The notes beneath the pieces were generated by a model, which did not search any database, was not told the origin of the DNA, and saw nothing but the letters and a program-made list of their open reading frames with translations. A DNA stretch of 63,589 nt, counting the filler, from Perkinsus chesapeaki ATCC PRA-425 (taxonomy: Eukaryota; Protista; Perkinsozoa), in NCBI GenBank assembly GCA_013115145.1. It is 11 parts of 11 records of this genome, joined end to end, with 100 filler letters (N's around TTAATTAATTAA, not from the genome) between each part and the next. Parts side by side here need not be neighbours in the genome. Positions count along the whole stretch, not along the records: positions 46,466 to 56,568 come from JAAPAO010000905.1; positions 56,669 to 60,406 come from JAAPAO010001364.1; positions 60,507 to 62,323 come from JAAPAO010001770.1; positions 62,424 to 63,589 come from JAAPAO010002135.1; 7 more parts are not named here. One strand, given 5' to 3'. Positions 49,684 through 63,224 of the stretch are shown piece after piece (the first letter of the stretch is position 1; each line of letters opens with the position of its first letter). The translations under genes and the position numbers were made by a program.

Positions 49684-52600
49684 AACTATTGATAGGCATG
49701 TATTTGACGCTCCCAGATTTCGACAGTAGCCCTTCCTCGTGATGGTTTCGGTCTCGATGTATTGCCCAAATCTGCCCATGCCAGGCTCCGGCTTCTATGG
49801 GCCATCTTCGAAGCTCCTGCTTGGAGTTAGCCGTGATGATCGAGCATCCGAGCTTGAACTTATCTTTCACAGGCTTGGCGAGGCCACTACAACCGCCGAA
49901 GACGGTGAGCAGTAGTGTACGAACGAAGACGCTGAACGAAATTCTACGACCTCATTGTGAGGATTTCTCATGCTCTTTATCTCGCTAGGGGCGCCCCGAA
50001 TGCTAATGTCACCTCTTGGAACTCAGTTCTCACTGGAGCTCCTCTATTCCCGAAGAGGCTCTTTTGGTCGCTTGTAGGTATCAACGAAGGGAAGACGTCT
50101 GCAGAGTTTAGGCAGCTGAACTCGGTCTTCACAAGTATTACGAACTCGATAGCTTGGAGCAGCTTGCGGGCAGGTTAGTTCGTGACTGTTTTTTTCATAT
50201 AATAGTATTACACTATTATGTGTATTGTATTATAGTAGTACATCGGACCAGGGAGTCATGAAGGAACGCAGGATCCCCCAGGTCGAACGCATGTGGCATT
50301 TATTTGTGACGCGTGTCACATCAACACTTACTATTTGTGATATTTCTGTTGAGGCCAGACGAATCCTTGTCCAAGCTACGGTCAGAAAGTGCATATGGAC
50401 AAGACGAAATATTGAATACCCAGCTCTTCCAACTGAGCACTGAATGATCCCCGGTAGTGGGGAAGTTTTCGATCCAAATGTCCGATGTTCGATACGGACA
50501 TTTGTTGCTCGCCGCGAGCTGAGCTTCGCAAATGAAGACGCCGCGCTTGACTCGCGAACTAGTTCTTCCGCACCACATCCCACAGTATATAGTTCACCAC
50601 TTCCAAGCGTTGTTCTTAAGAACTTGCGGTGGCACATACATCCGTACGGTTCTTTGCCTTCGTCTTTTCTTCAGAAACTTACGAGATCCTCTTCCGTCAA
50701 GATGCTGTCCTTGCCTCGCTCTTCCGCAACTACCTCTTGGCCCAGCGACTCCTATGTGAGGCGGGGCGCCTCATTTCTTGGCGAGCTCTCTTTTGCTAAT
50801 CCCCATGTGCACCCATCGTCTCGTTTTCGTGTTAGACGCCAAACTCCCCGGGGAGCTAAAAAATTCGGTTTCCAAATTCTATCTCTGAGTTTACTATGGA
50901 GGTTATCGAAATGCCAATAAGTGGCTAGAGCCTAGTGGTATGCTACGGCGCTCCGTGGCTCTGACCTGCGGGAGCCGATTCGGTTTGTCAGCCCTGGTTG
51001 GTGTTTCAAGCGTATCAAGACCGCAGCTCCCCGATTGCAGTCAGCACCCGCTGTGGGAGGCCTGGGACTTCGTGCTGGAGTCGTCGATTCTCCATGTTGT
51101 TGCCAGTGAGGCAAATCGCGGAGCAGATCTACTGCCTAACCGGGTGGGCTGGGCAAACGCCTTGTGCGGAGTTACAGCCGCAGCAATATAGATGATAGAA
51201 TTGCCAAGCTCTCTACATACGCAGGGTTTAACTTTAAAAGGGCCTCCTCGTCTCGAGCTCCAAGTTGCTCGCGCCGTTTATAAATTAGAATGCTCCTACT
51301 TAGGCGTTGAGGACGAACCCAACGAGAGACTTCTTCAACGACCAACTCAGAGCGTTTAGTGTCTGGTTGCGGAAGATATATAATAAAGGTATCATCACCG
51401 CCAATCTCTGTAGCACTGCACAAGTCGAAGCGATCGCTCTACGCGTGCTTTATAACCGTTTTCCATATTCTCGATGTATCCAAGCAGATTTTTGGGTGAA
51501 TTGAAATCTGGTCTTGAATTCGTCAGACGATTTTATTGAGGGAGACAGAGATTGTGTGGGAGTAGACTCAAGACGCCTCCTTGCAGACATTTGTCTTCCG
51601 GAATCTGTACTCTTTACTGAATCGTCACACGTGCTCAAGGCGTATGTTGCCACTGCTTAAGGTTCAACTGTCTTATCGACAAGTCCCCCGAAATGATCCG
51701 ATACTCCACGACTGTTATTCATTGTGTTTTTCCGCATCAGTTTGCGCATCGCTGTCTATCCGTCAATTCGAGCTAATTCGCTTGTCGAGCGATCCTTAGC
51801 AATCGTTTCACCAGCATCGACAACAACTGCTATCACCAATACTGGCAGATTAAATTGTGATGTGTTGTATACCTCAGAGCCTGTTGGCGATCTCATGGCT
51901 CTAGCCTCCAGCAGAGTGCCGCTGGAACTTCCTATCCTGCTGCAGGTCATCACAACACAACCTCCTGCTCAGCGACATCTCGGCTCAGGTTCTGTCTCAT
52001 TCCGTGAACCGTCTGTGCAGTCTGAAGCTCCTCGCTGTTTACTGCGATCTCGGGAAGTAGAACCTAGATTCGTGCTCCTAATCATCATCATTCGCCTTGA
52101 CAGATCGGAGATCACTTTGTGTTTGAACGCCGGACTGCTTCCTTACCTGCAGAAGCTTCTACCGAAAACCTCTTCAACTGAGGTCGGCCACATGGTATCT
52201 CTTTTTTCGACATGGCATTTTAGGCATCCGAATTAGTCCTGTTTCTCTGCGCCAAAGTAGTGGCCCTCGAGTGCTATGAAAAATCGACCGGGGTGCCGGT
52301 CTCGAAAGCCACTTCGAGCATATTTTCGGCGTCTGAGTACCGATATGTGCTCCGCTTATTGTCATCCGAAACCATAGACTCGGTGAGCATTAATACATTT
52401 TTATCAAGATGTATTTCTCCATCCTGTAGGAGTATCGGACGCTAGGCTGTCTGCTGGTGGCGATGTTGTGCCAAATGAATCCCGAAATTAAGAGGAGTAA
52501 CTATCAAGACCTCAGAGCTGTGGAGAAGCTGGTAAATTACCGACTCGTACAAGTGAACTGTTCAAGTTCAACGATCAGCCGGGAAAAACCGTCCGATTGG

Positions 52601-55600
52601 TCTTCTGCAGTATTCTTGACTGTGACCAACATTTTTTAAGCTCTCCAGTGGTATTCGTAGCCCTGACGCAAGATGCTCTCTACGAGCAGAAGCCGATGAC
52701 TATTTCTCATCGAATCGGATTACTGGACCACAATTATCTTGTTATTTGTAGAGGTGGAGGCCAGTCAGTCTCCTCTCTACTATATAAGGAAACGTCGTCT
52801 TTGCGTGTCTTCTGATGAGGCCAGCTTACTGCGCTTGATCAGGATGTCGGGAGTCTGGAGATCAAACATTGCGATAAGACGTTCGATTACTTATTAACCT
52901 CAGCCGTCCAAGATGACCCCTATTCTGTTTAGTATCGATGTTTGGTATCTCCCCACGGTGGCAAGTTGCACGCAGCAGCTCTACTTGCTCTCGCTGTTAT
53001 CTTCACTCCGTCTCGAAATGAGAGTATAGAAGACACGGAATGGGCCGCAGTTGTCGAATCTAGACTGGTAGACTTGCCGTAAAATCGTCGCCCCTGAATC
53101 CACCTGTACAGATAACCGAGTTTTCTCGCACACCTGGACTCTCTGAGATCATCGCCCGAAGTGTTACGGGACAGGATCCGTCAATCCGTTCTGCAGCCTT
53201 GTTGCTGGTCTCCGCGGTAGGCAAACCTCTACAGTCCGTCGCAGAATAAGTATTCGTGCTGTCAATAAGAGAATGGCTTATTTAAGCACGGAATCAACTG
53301 TTCACCACCACGCTGCACTTGTTTGAAACCCATCTTATCTCTTCAGCTGCTGGCCATCTTTGGTGATCGAGATTACTTAGCAGACTCTACGGCCCATCTT
53401 ATAGAGATCGACAAAGAAGTAATCTCGGGAAGTTTGAGAGCAGCAGCTGGATAGTCAATTTGTTCAGAACGTTATCTCTGTAAATGCGACCCAGCGTGTT
53501 GCACAGCAGCTCCCTGAAGCCCAAATAGTAAAGAAGGGAAATGCATCCTGTTCTGCCGGGGCAGTTATTGCAAGCCGAGCGCATCGCAGGGGCAGGAGAC
53601 GTCGTGCACGGAGCAGAGGAGGCCGGACAAAGAAGAACGGTGACCTGGTGCACGATTTGCAGTCCAAGGTCAGTTCGATAGGGAAAACCAGTGCAATTGA
53701 GATATCCCTATTTTTCTATAATGACACTTCTGCAGGCCTCACAGTGCGGAATGTTCTTTCAAAATCTCAGCACGGCCGAATACGAAAAAAGCCTTCAAAA
53801 TGTCACTAAGGGTAGGCTATCTACTTCTCCCATAATTCTATCAGTTCTTCCTGCAATCAGCATCTGCGGGCTCACAAGAGGGGCCTGCTGGAGCCGGTAA
53901 AGGGGGCCCGGAATTCCTCTGCAAATTGCAAGAAGTGTCAGAGGACGGCTCCGTGACCCAACGCTCAGCTCTTTGTAGGCAATGGCTTCTAGATCTACTG
54001 AAAGCAAGTGATAAGGTAGCCACGATGATAGCTAATGCTGCCTTGACCGAATGAGAGCCTCAAACACTTAGCCGTATGTCATGATAGTTGAAGGAATTCA
54101 ACCGACAGAACACAGCACCGTAACAAACTTTGAACCCATGAACTAATTCGCCAAAGCAAAGCTCAAGCGAGAACATTTACTTGTACGATCTTCAAAAGCG
54201 TTTCGGAGATATGGTATAGCTCTGTATCTCCGGAACAGCGGTTGTTGGAAAGCTTTGCCATGGAGGGAGATTTGTATTTCAAACAGGTGTCACCGTTGGC
54301 GAATGAGGAGGTATTGAAAAGGTGTCCTCCTTCTGCCCTGCGCTACGGCAGTGAGTTGCTACGGCTCATATCGATCATATTCTATCTTTCAGATCCCAAC
54401 CACTTTCATGCATCGACGTCAATAGACTTTTCGGACGTTTGCGAGTAAGTCTAACGCACTACTTGGATTCTATAATTAACTTCATTATCTATTATATAGA
54501 TAATATTAACTATTACATTGGTAACTAGGACTCCATTCGCCTGTCGATGTTTAATTCCAAGCGGTCAATTTATTGAGCAAGTCTGAATGAAATGTAAATA
54601 GATAAAGGTGTATTTTTAATCCTGAGGGATCAGTTGTTTGTAAGCTCAGTTGTGGGGATACTACTTGAACTTCTCCTCTTCCGTTCTACCGGGCTCGTCA
54701 CTGGGGCGCTCGAGCTGTTTGTCAGAACCTCGCTTCCTGGTATAATTTATAAAGCATGATGCAATAGAACTATCTACGCAGAGTAACTTGACAAGCATTT
54801 CCCTTCAACTGATGCTGTTTGAATATCCACGGCGTTTGGAAGGTCTATACCATCTCCCAGTCCTTGTCGATCGTCCAGTGAGATCGGCGAAGCCGTCACC
54901 GCAGCAGCAGATCTCCTCATCCACTCGCCTCAACTTGCGTCGCTCGATTGGTAAGAATTTCGCTTTTATTCGCTCTACTGTTTCTTGGCAAGGTTCAAAG
55001 AATGGCAAGATCCTTTCGGAAGGCGCTCTTCAGCAAGCGCGAGTTTCGCTCCCTCGGATGAGGTAGGCCTTCCAAAGCGAGACCTTGTTCTTCACCATTT
55101 CTAGATGTCGTGTCCGGAAAGTCGACCGTTATTAACTGCATGGAATTGCGCAACCTTCCTGGACGACTCGCCTTCCGCCGAGCAGGATCACTCAGTGGCG
55201 CTGCCTCGACCTGTCTTTGTCTCCTCATACCATGGTGGTTAATTCATCATCTCTCGTGAAGAGTGAGGGTATTCTTAACTCGCTTGCTTTTTCACCAAAC
55301 CCTTGAACATATTGAACTTGAGTTGAGATGGTCAATAAAACAACCCTACTTCTTTACTTTGCGTGTATGTGAGTTTATGGTCCAACCCCCAAAATGGCCA
55401 AAGTAGACCTGCCATTCTGTGCACCGGGAGAGTTGAATTTCTGTACTGTTTTGTCACTGTATGGCTCACCAAGAGGAATATGACTAATGCTGAGAGATCC
55501 TTCATCTTGAGCTGAGAGAGTCAACAGAACAACGCTCTCACATTGCAGCTCATCTGCAATGAGAGGTTCTTCGTATCGATTGTGGTAACGGTTTTCTAAA

Positions 55601-56668
55601 CAAAATTTGGAACTCAAAGTTGGAGACTTATCTCGATACTCATGTCGCGCGTAGGAGGCGGGGTATTGGCTGGAGTCGCGGATAATACAGTGGCTCGTGA
55701 AAGTACTGCGAGCTTCATAGTGTCTGCTGCGTTTACTGGAGCAAGCGCTCAATTTGTGCACTTAAGTCTTTGCCCACACACGTGTCCTGAATAAGAACCG
55801 TCATCTGGGGACTTCTTGAAAAGGAGTTAATCATCATTGTGGATAGGCGTCATCACGCTGGCCGTTAGTGGGTCGCGATTTCATATCTCAAATTTAGCTC
55901 ACGATTGAAATCTTGCAAGCAGGGGAGTCAGCGAAAACTCGGCTATAGAGAAGCCTGGATTCGCGTTTCTTAAACCTTTCACGGTCCCTTTGCAGCGTCG
56001 CCCGAAAACGAATCGAGTCCTTGCATGGTCGCCATACTAAGTTGATATTATCAACTCAACCCAACCCCCTAGGTGTAAAATCAATGAAATCTGACGGACG
56101 TTAATGACCAAGCTCTACGACCCTGCATGTCGCATCGAAGCGATACGACACATAGATCCTAGTGTAGAGCAACTGAAAGTGGCTCTGATATAAAGCTGAC
56201 GACAAATGGGTTAGCCATGACTGACTAAATAATAAGAAAGTGATTGCCTCTACAGTTTTGGGGTTCCGGCGAGTACCATGTGGCCTATTCCACATTCAGT
56301 AAGCCCAATTTTAAATAGGCCATGGTCGCCCCACTCTTCATTCCATGAGTTAACAACCAGCCAGTAATCTTCACCGTTCTCGTTACCCCAACCGATGATC
56401 TTCACACCATGCCCACCGAGTGCGCTACCAGAAGTGTACTTGTAGACACCAGACTTATAGGCAAGGAAGTCTTCATAAACCGTGAAAGCCGCGGATTGTT
56501 GTGATCCGTACCGTTTGCGCTGGAACTCAAAAGATTGGTCATATTGAAATAAATAAAACTTGACGTAANNNNNNNNNNNNNNNNNNNNNNNNNNNNNNNN
56601 NNNNNNNNNNNNTTAATTAATTAANNNNNNNNNNNNNNNNNNNNNNNNNNNNNNNNNNNNNNNNNNNN

Positions 56669-57555
56669 ATGCGAGAGAGAAGGTAAGACGCCCAAAAATG
56701 GGGACATAGGCGCTCTCCGACTGAGGCACATACACAAAAACGAACCAAGACGGAACCCGAGGGCATGTTCTTCCTTTTATGGAGGTGAATAAGAGCCGAT
56801 TTGTCGGAGCGTATTTTCAGTTGATAGGCTGTAAGGTTCAATAGCTCCGAGGGGATTCTTAGGAGAAACCAGTATGCTAGTACCACCATCGCGTTCAGGA
56901 TCTCGTCAGATTCTCCCCTTAGTACTGATACCGAATGCGGGTTGGTGTTGATGATTTGCTTGAGCATAGCCAGGCTGATTGGTTTCATTTTCCGTGTACC
57001 ACCTGGGCATATTTTGCTTTGCCCTTTCAGCGCGGCTGTCGTTAGCGGGCTATAGAGGTCTCCGACCTCTTCTCGAAGTAGGATCGCCCATTTCCTCACG
57101 TGCGATAGGTAATTTGCTGCCGTGTTGGCATTCCTGAAGGTCGATAGCCATGCCGTTAGCAACTGGCTCGACGGGGGGAAGTAAGGGACTTCGTGCCACG
57201 TTATCTCTGAGATTACATCCACAAAGTTCATGTAGCTGTTGAGGCCCGATGCGTACTGCCGCAAGGTTGTTGCTGTGACTGAAGCTGCAGCCGCGTAATC
57301 CCCATTTAGCTGTAGAAGTTCTAGTACGGGAACACCCTGCTGGCTAATGGTCCTGAGTAGCTGGGGGATTTGCGAAGGAGGTGGTTCCGACTTCGCGACT
57401 ATCGAGAGTGGGTGTTCCGGAAGCGATCTGAGTATCATCGTTTCTGCGACTCGTCGTCGGATGGTCATTCGACTCTCCACCCGATGGTCGGTGGTGATCC
57501 ACTTGTTCTTGTTTCTAGGTTGAGGCTCTGCTGATGAGTGAGGATAGACAGACAT
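56669..57555 (-). mobile_element. Tyrosine recombinase of a DIRS-type element (3' end cut by gap)
   Basis: 'TTLRQYASGLNSY', 'TAANYLSHV', 'LAYWFLLRIPSEL' (catalytic Arg), 'RKNMPSGSVLVRFCVC..LCPH'. Confidence 0.88.
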
Positions 57556-57909
57556 AATGGAAGGAATAAAAAAAAACGCAAATCTGTTGCTGTCCGAGTT
57601 CGCACTGTGAGATTCGCAGGGCTCCGCTTGTTTTTTACAACACAGCGCATGAGTTTTTTTTTTGGAAAAACTATGTCGCTCCGACCAACGAGCGCTATTG
57701 TGTGATTACGGTATACAACCTGCCTACGGAGGTGCTCTCCTCCGGCTGGTCGCCTCAATGGTGGTCAATCTATTTATCTCACTCACGGCCTTCTACCTGA
57801 TCAGGTCTGATCNNNNNNNNNNNNNNNNNNNNNNNNNNNNNNNNNNNNNNNNNNNNNNNNNNNNNNNNNNNNNNNNNNNNNNNNNNNNNNNNNNNNNNNN
57901 NNNNNNNNN

Positions 57910-59262
57910 GGACATTTTCGTATGTGAGAAGGTGACCACGATGCCAAGAAGCTCGGCTTCGACCGTCGGTACCACTCGTTTGCTAGCCTTTTCCTTGAAC
58001 CCCAAAAGGCGGTTAAGCTCTACCCAACATTCGAATGCTCCCTGCGCTGTAGACTGGGGTTCAGCTCCCCAATAATCATCAATAAAGGACATACTCCCCG
58101 CCGCAAAAAGGATTCTGTGGAGGTGGGTTATCCCCTGCGATATTCTACTATAACTTGTCACACTCGAGCTGGATCCGAACGATAAGGCTCGATGCCTGAA
58201 GACAGCTGGTTGTCCCTCGGTGTCTTTGATACAAATCAACTGTACTGGAGCATCACATGGCTTCGTCGGTGCTTGACGGTACGCGTTAGCGTGATCGCAT
58301 TTATATAGCAGATACTGCTCATGCGGTCTATCCTTCGCCAACTTCCGCCAGGTCTCGACCAATGTGTGATGTGACGGTAGCGATATCTTGTGTCCATAAC
58401 TTATCGCCTTGTTGGTGGAGCTGCGGCGATAGTCATCGCACAGCCGGATCTTGTCGACTTGCCTTATCGGGAATCTTTGGGCCAGCACGAATTTACCGTA
58501 CCTCCCCTGAGTTTCTTCTATAGTGAGCGGACCTTCAAGTAGCCCATCTTCGGTTTCCCTCATCGTCCCGTTCCATACATCGGGGTCGAAAGAGCGGGAC
58601 TGTATTTTTGAGATGAGCTCTTCACGCTCCAGCTCAGCTTTGGCGAATAATTCTTGACGGGAAAGCTCAGCTGGGGAGTGCTCTTGGATCGGTGCGAAGA
58701 CCCCGTCCGCCACTTTAATATCTCCTATAACTCCGAAACCATGTAACATATCATCTGCGAGACTGACATCGGGGTACTCACATATAGATAGTAGTTCTTT
58801 TAAGAGGGGGATGTTGATATGCCCGGCAACTTTTTGGACGTCGGGATGCATAGTTTCGCGCAATCTCGTAGCTTCTGCCTGCAGTGACTCTGCACGCCTC
58901 TCAATCGCCTGTAGAATTTCTCGTCGTTTACGTGTGACTTCTTCCGCAGGCAATGATTTGTAGGCTCCAATAGCAGCTTCTAGAGATATTGGCAGGCTTG
59001 GAAGTTGGTTTGACCTGTCTAGTGGGTGTTCTCTTTTGAGTGCTTCATCGCGATGCTCAAGTTTGTCTCCGTCGACTACAAGAGTCCTCCTCTGATCGTT
59101 GTCCACCTTTTCGGTGCAGTAGTAGAGCATTGGAGGGTGTCCGGTTCGCGCTTTTAGCTTTTGGTATTCCTCAAGAGCTATCGGGCGTATTTTGGCATCT
59201 CTGGCCCTTTTGCGTTTACGAGCTGCCACAATGCTCTCTGGGCGACGGCGTCTGTTTGTCAT
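57910..59262 (-). mobile_element. DIRS-type reverse transcriptase
   Basis: 'KIRLCDDYRRSSTN', 'YKCDHANAYRQAP', 'ALSFGSSSSVTSYSR', 'SFIDDYWG'; homologous to ORF 126-1799. Confidence 0.88.
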
Positions 59263-59630
59263 TCACACAAAGAGAAGCTTTCGGCACACTGCATGGATTA
59301 TGAGTCACAACTTGTGATCTCCCGAGCATTAAGAATTAAGGATATCCGGGCTATGATTTCAGGTGTACTCGACCCTGTTATCCCCATTATAACGTGTTGT
59401 TCAGCGAACCGTGATCATATGATCTACTAACCAAGAAGCACAACACTACATTTAGCATGACAGAGGAAAAATCTTCCCGTTTACTGCTTTATCAGAAAAA
59501 AAAAACTCGTACTACAGGCTAGGGACTCACAGCATTCACAAATGAGATACCCAGTGGCTTGACTTGATAGCCACGAACTCCCTTCAACGATCTCAGCAGT
59601 CAAGAATGCTGTGGCTTTACTCAGTAAGCG

Positions 59631-60406
59631 TTAATTGTCGTTCACACGACGGCGCTTCGGACTCAAAGCCTTGGTGCTTTCAACAATGGTCTTCCTAGGG
59701 TTGTCGTCACCATCACGACGGCCTTTTCCTCGCCCCTTGCCCTTCTTCTTGTCGCTGTCTTTGCCCTTGCCTTTACCCTTGGACTTGTGGGCGTTGTCTT
59801 CTCGATCAGCGCGGGCACGTTCCGATGCTCGACAGGCGATGCTCTCGTGATACTTAGAGAGCTTGGTTAGGACGGAAGGCAAGGATTTCCCTTGTCGGAG
59901 GCTGTCGCGTATGACCTCAAGTAGTCCGCAGTGGTAGTAGTAAGCTCCTGGGACGCCAGCCGGCTTCCCGGAGAACCCTCGGCATTCTGTGGCTGAGCAA
60001 CAGTGGAAGATGTGGGCCATGAGGGGGCCGGGGTTGACACGGTACTCTTCGCTGAGGTGGCTCGTGGCGAGTACCACAGTTGATTCCCACCGCAGAAGTG
60101 CCTTGATGAGATTGGACAGGAAGTATTTGGCGTCCTTGTGAACGAATTTCTCAATGCTCATTGTTAGGGCTGCCCGACACTTGCTTTTATCATCAGGGTT
60201 CTCGTTACTGAAGATAGACTTCAGTAGTTCATCGTCGGGGTGTAGGTCGTAGGTCATATTAGCAAAGTATGGGGCGTTGCCGATCAGAGTTTCTAGAGGG
60301 GGAACCGCCGGAGCTTTGAGACTCTTATCCTTGATGTTGTCAAAGCAGGACATGAAGTTTGTCCAGCCGGCCTTCCAATCTTCGTTCGATTTCGCAACGA
60401 TGTCTT
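59631..60406 (-). mobile_element. Gag-like ORF of the same DIRS-type element
   Basis: Lies upstream of RT and YR on the same strand; KGKGKG-rich basic C-terminus. Confidence 0.6.
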
Positions 60407-61643
60407 NNNNNNNNNNNNNNNNNNNNNNNNNNNNNNNNNNNNNNNNNNNNTTAATTAATTAANNNNNNNNNNNNNNNNNNNNNNNNNNNNNNNNNNNNNN
60501 NNNNNNTCACCAATCTGAGAGTAATCCGCAGCTGCTGCGGCTGCCTGAAACGGCCTAGCGGAGCGACGCGATCGCTACATAGAGTTAACGACGGAGCGTA
60601 GCGTTTCACGTTTACCATTTTCGTAGAGTGACATCACTCAAGCGGGTCTTTCATGTAACTAGCAGAACCCGTCGCTTCGCTCCGGTGTTCTGTAGCTCTT
60701 TGTCAGAGGGACAGCGTGAGGACGGGGAAGTGCCGTTTATGTTGAGGTTGAAGTATTGTTATGGTAGACAATATTATTGTGTGTCTGTGTTAGACGTAAA
60801 TGCTTTGGTATTGTTAGTATCATGTATGTGTTGTAGTTATTCATGTGCCTGAGAAGCAGATAAGATAGTGATATGTTAGTGTTATGATTGGAATGATAAG
60901 TATGATATTACTTTGGTGTGGATGAAGTAGTTGTGTAGTACTTGTGGTGTGTGTTACACACGGAGAGTGGTGTGTTTCTTATTTGTACAGTGTGTTGTGG
61001 AAGTGCTCTATTTATTTTGTTGCGTTTAGTTGTTACGCTGCGTTTTTTCTTGCATAGCTTTTGTTGGTATTGGTTTTTTGGTTCTGAGGGGTGATTATAG
61101 GGTTCCTCACATCACGGTTGATTGCATTTGTAGCAATCAACATCTATGTTACGGGAGGGGCTTTACGAATCGGGTTTATATGTGGGGGGAATATGTTTAT
61201 CAAATAGGTTAGGGTGAGACGTGAGTAAGATATTGATGTTGTTGTGGAATGAGGAGTAACTGAGTTCACGATGATAGGATGATGATTGAAATAAGATCGT
61301 TATTGCTAGGCTACAGTAAAGTGTGGGTTAGACGAATGAAGAAAGAATAAATCATTCGTGCACATGAGATTCAGAATGAGTTACTGGCTTATTCGCTTTA
61401 TGTGTTACATGTGACGATGCGGAGTGAAGTTTGTGTTTTAGGAATACGTTAGAGAGATTGTGTGGCAAAGTTTTGGTATATTTATAATTTATGACTAAAG
61501 GGTTGTATGAATCGGTCAAAGAATGTGTACTCTACATTTGTATTTCCAGCTCACTACTTCTACTGATTCGTAATTCATCGTTCGGAGTAATATTAGTAGT
61601 AGGGTGATTCATGTTGAGCGGACTTTTAATGTGTTGAAGACAT

Positions 61644-61826
61644 TTACACAGTCTTGGTATTGTAGATGTCGTTTATAGTATTATTAACAGCCTTTGAGTC
61701 TTGCTGCATTTTGTCGTGTATAGTATTAATAACAGGCTGTACATCGTCCTGCGTTTCGTCGTGTATAGTATTATTAAGAGGGGGGTACCATAATGCCTGA
61801 CAACGTGAAATATGAATACGTAACAC
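61644..61826 (-). repeat. Three 45-bp (15-aa) repeat units within a short ORF
   Basis: gtcgt(g/t)tatagtatta(t/a)taa at about 61668, 61713 and 61758; peptide NTIHDETQ../NTIHDKMQ../NTINDIY. Confidence 0.7.
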
Positions 61827-61829
61827 ACC

Positions 61830-62048
61830 TCATAATACCCTTTCCTCGGGATGCATGTATTGTATGAAATCTTCGGCACACTCTTCACAGACTTGAAGAA
61901 TAGACTCTACATAATATAGCAAGAATGTCATAGAAAACGAATGAGATGTAATACGTTGTTCATTAATTGCCGCCTCATTAGTAATAGTACTATTATTGTC
62001 AGTACTGTCTTTAATTGGCTGCATACATACAGCGCATGCAGTGGACAT
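61830..62048 (-). CDS. Small CxxC...CxxC (possible zinc-ribbon) ORF
   Basis: MSTACAVC ... VCEECAEDF; AT-rich TTTATA-type upstream sequence. Confidence 0.3.
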   Translation of the reverse strand: MSTACAVCMQPIKDSTDNNSTITNEAAINEQRITSHSFSMTFLLYYVESILQVCEECAEDFIQYMHPEERVL

Positions 62049-62655
62049 AATTATAAAAATGGCTATAAATAATTACCTATCAAATAAAGTTAGAATACGT
62101 AACAATAAGCACGGCAAAAACACATTGGAGTATGTTACAGTAGACAACGTGTGATTCATACCATACATATACAAAAGTAGAGAATGTCTAAAATGTGTAC
62201 ACATGAATGCGGCATCTCTTTCTTCGCAGTCGCGTACTTCTCCTAGCTGGAAAACAATCTATAAGCATGTTAACCTGTGACCTTCTTGTGGATCTCTTGT
62301 GTTGCATGACTTTACCGTGTGCANNNNNNNNNNNNNNNNNNNNNNNNNNNNNNNNNNNNNNNNNNNNTTAATTAATTAANNNNNNNNNNNNNNNNNNNNN
62401 NNNNNNNNNNNNNNNNNNNNNNNGACTGTGTAGCAAAGCGCCTGCTGCCTTACCGATTGCAAGTTAGAGAAGCCTTGGCAATATTCGTGCTTACACTCCA
62501 CATCCATCAACACTTCTACCAGCCCGATCTAAAAGGTGGGGCACGCACTATCGTGAGTACTCCTGGTGTAATCCTTACCGGACAGATTATTTCGTGTATT
62601 CTTGTGTTGAGCACTGAGATGTCGAGTTGGCCGTTAGTTATACGCTGAGCGTATA

Positions 62656-62885
62656 CAAGGGTATGGAACAAATTTTACAATTGGCAAAATCTGACCTCTT
62701 CCATTGAAACCGATTTTTTGGAATTTTAAAATTTAAATTTCTCGCCAACCCAATCGAATAACATCATGGGGCACATACCGTTAGAAAGTCACTCTCGAGG
62801 GCTTTCGAACGAAGCACGTGTCGTCCAAATACTTCGCCCTCCTGAGGAAGTTATTCAAAAAAGCACATTTTTTTGGGACACCCTG
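62656..62885. mobile_element. Probable Tc1/mariner-type MITE
   Basis: Right end TTTTTGGGACACCCTG|TA is a mariner-like terminus; left end TA|CAAGGGTATGGAACAAA is only a degenerate match. Confidence 0.4.
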
Positions 62886-63123
62886 TAGCTGTTATGACGA
62901 AGCTGCTGTCATTCGGAGAGTCTCCATTGCTTGCTTTCTATGTTGGCGGGTTTGTGCGTCGGCCCGAAGCACTTGGCCGGGTCAAGTTGTTCCGACCAAG
63001 GAATTGCAGTTTGCAACTCATTTACCATACATGACGATGCACATGTGCGTGAAATGGTGTAGGCGGCTTTATCGACATCATGGAGAGCTAGTTACTAAAT
63101 TTATCTGGGGAAATATTGGTCTG

Positions 63124-63224
63124 CTCTGGGCTACTAGAAAAAATTAGAAAGAACCCAGAACAAATTGATATAGCCCAGAACAAATTAGTAAAAGCCCAGA
63201 ACAAGTTAATATAACCCAGAACAA
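63124..63224. repeat. Four direct CCCAGAACAA units at 20-21-bp spacing plus one inverted partial copy
   Basis: At 63154, 63174, 63195 and 63215; CTCTGGGCT at 63124. Confidence 0.75.

Noticed and set aside
47900-56500. Many short ORFs between the CCCH gene and the contig end
   Set aside because: Stop-riddled, with no recognisable motifs or consistent splice structure; probably decayed repeats, so no call can be supported.
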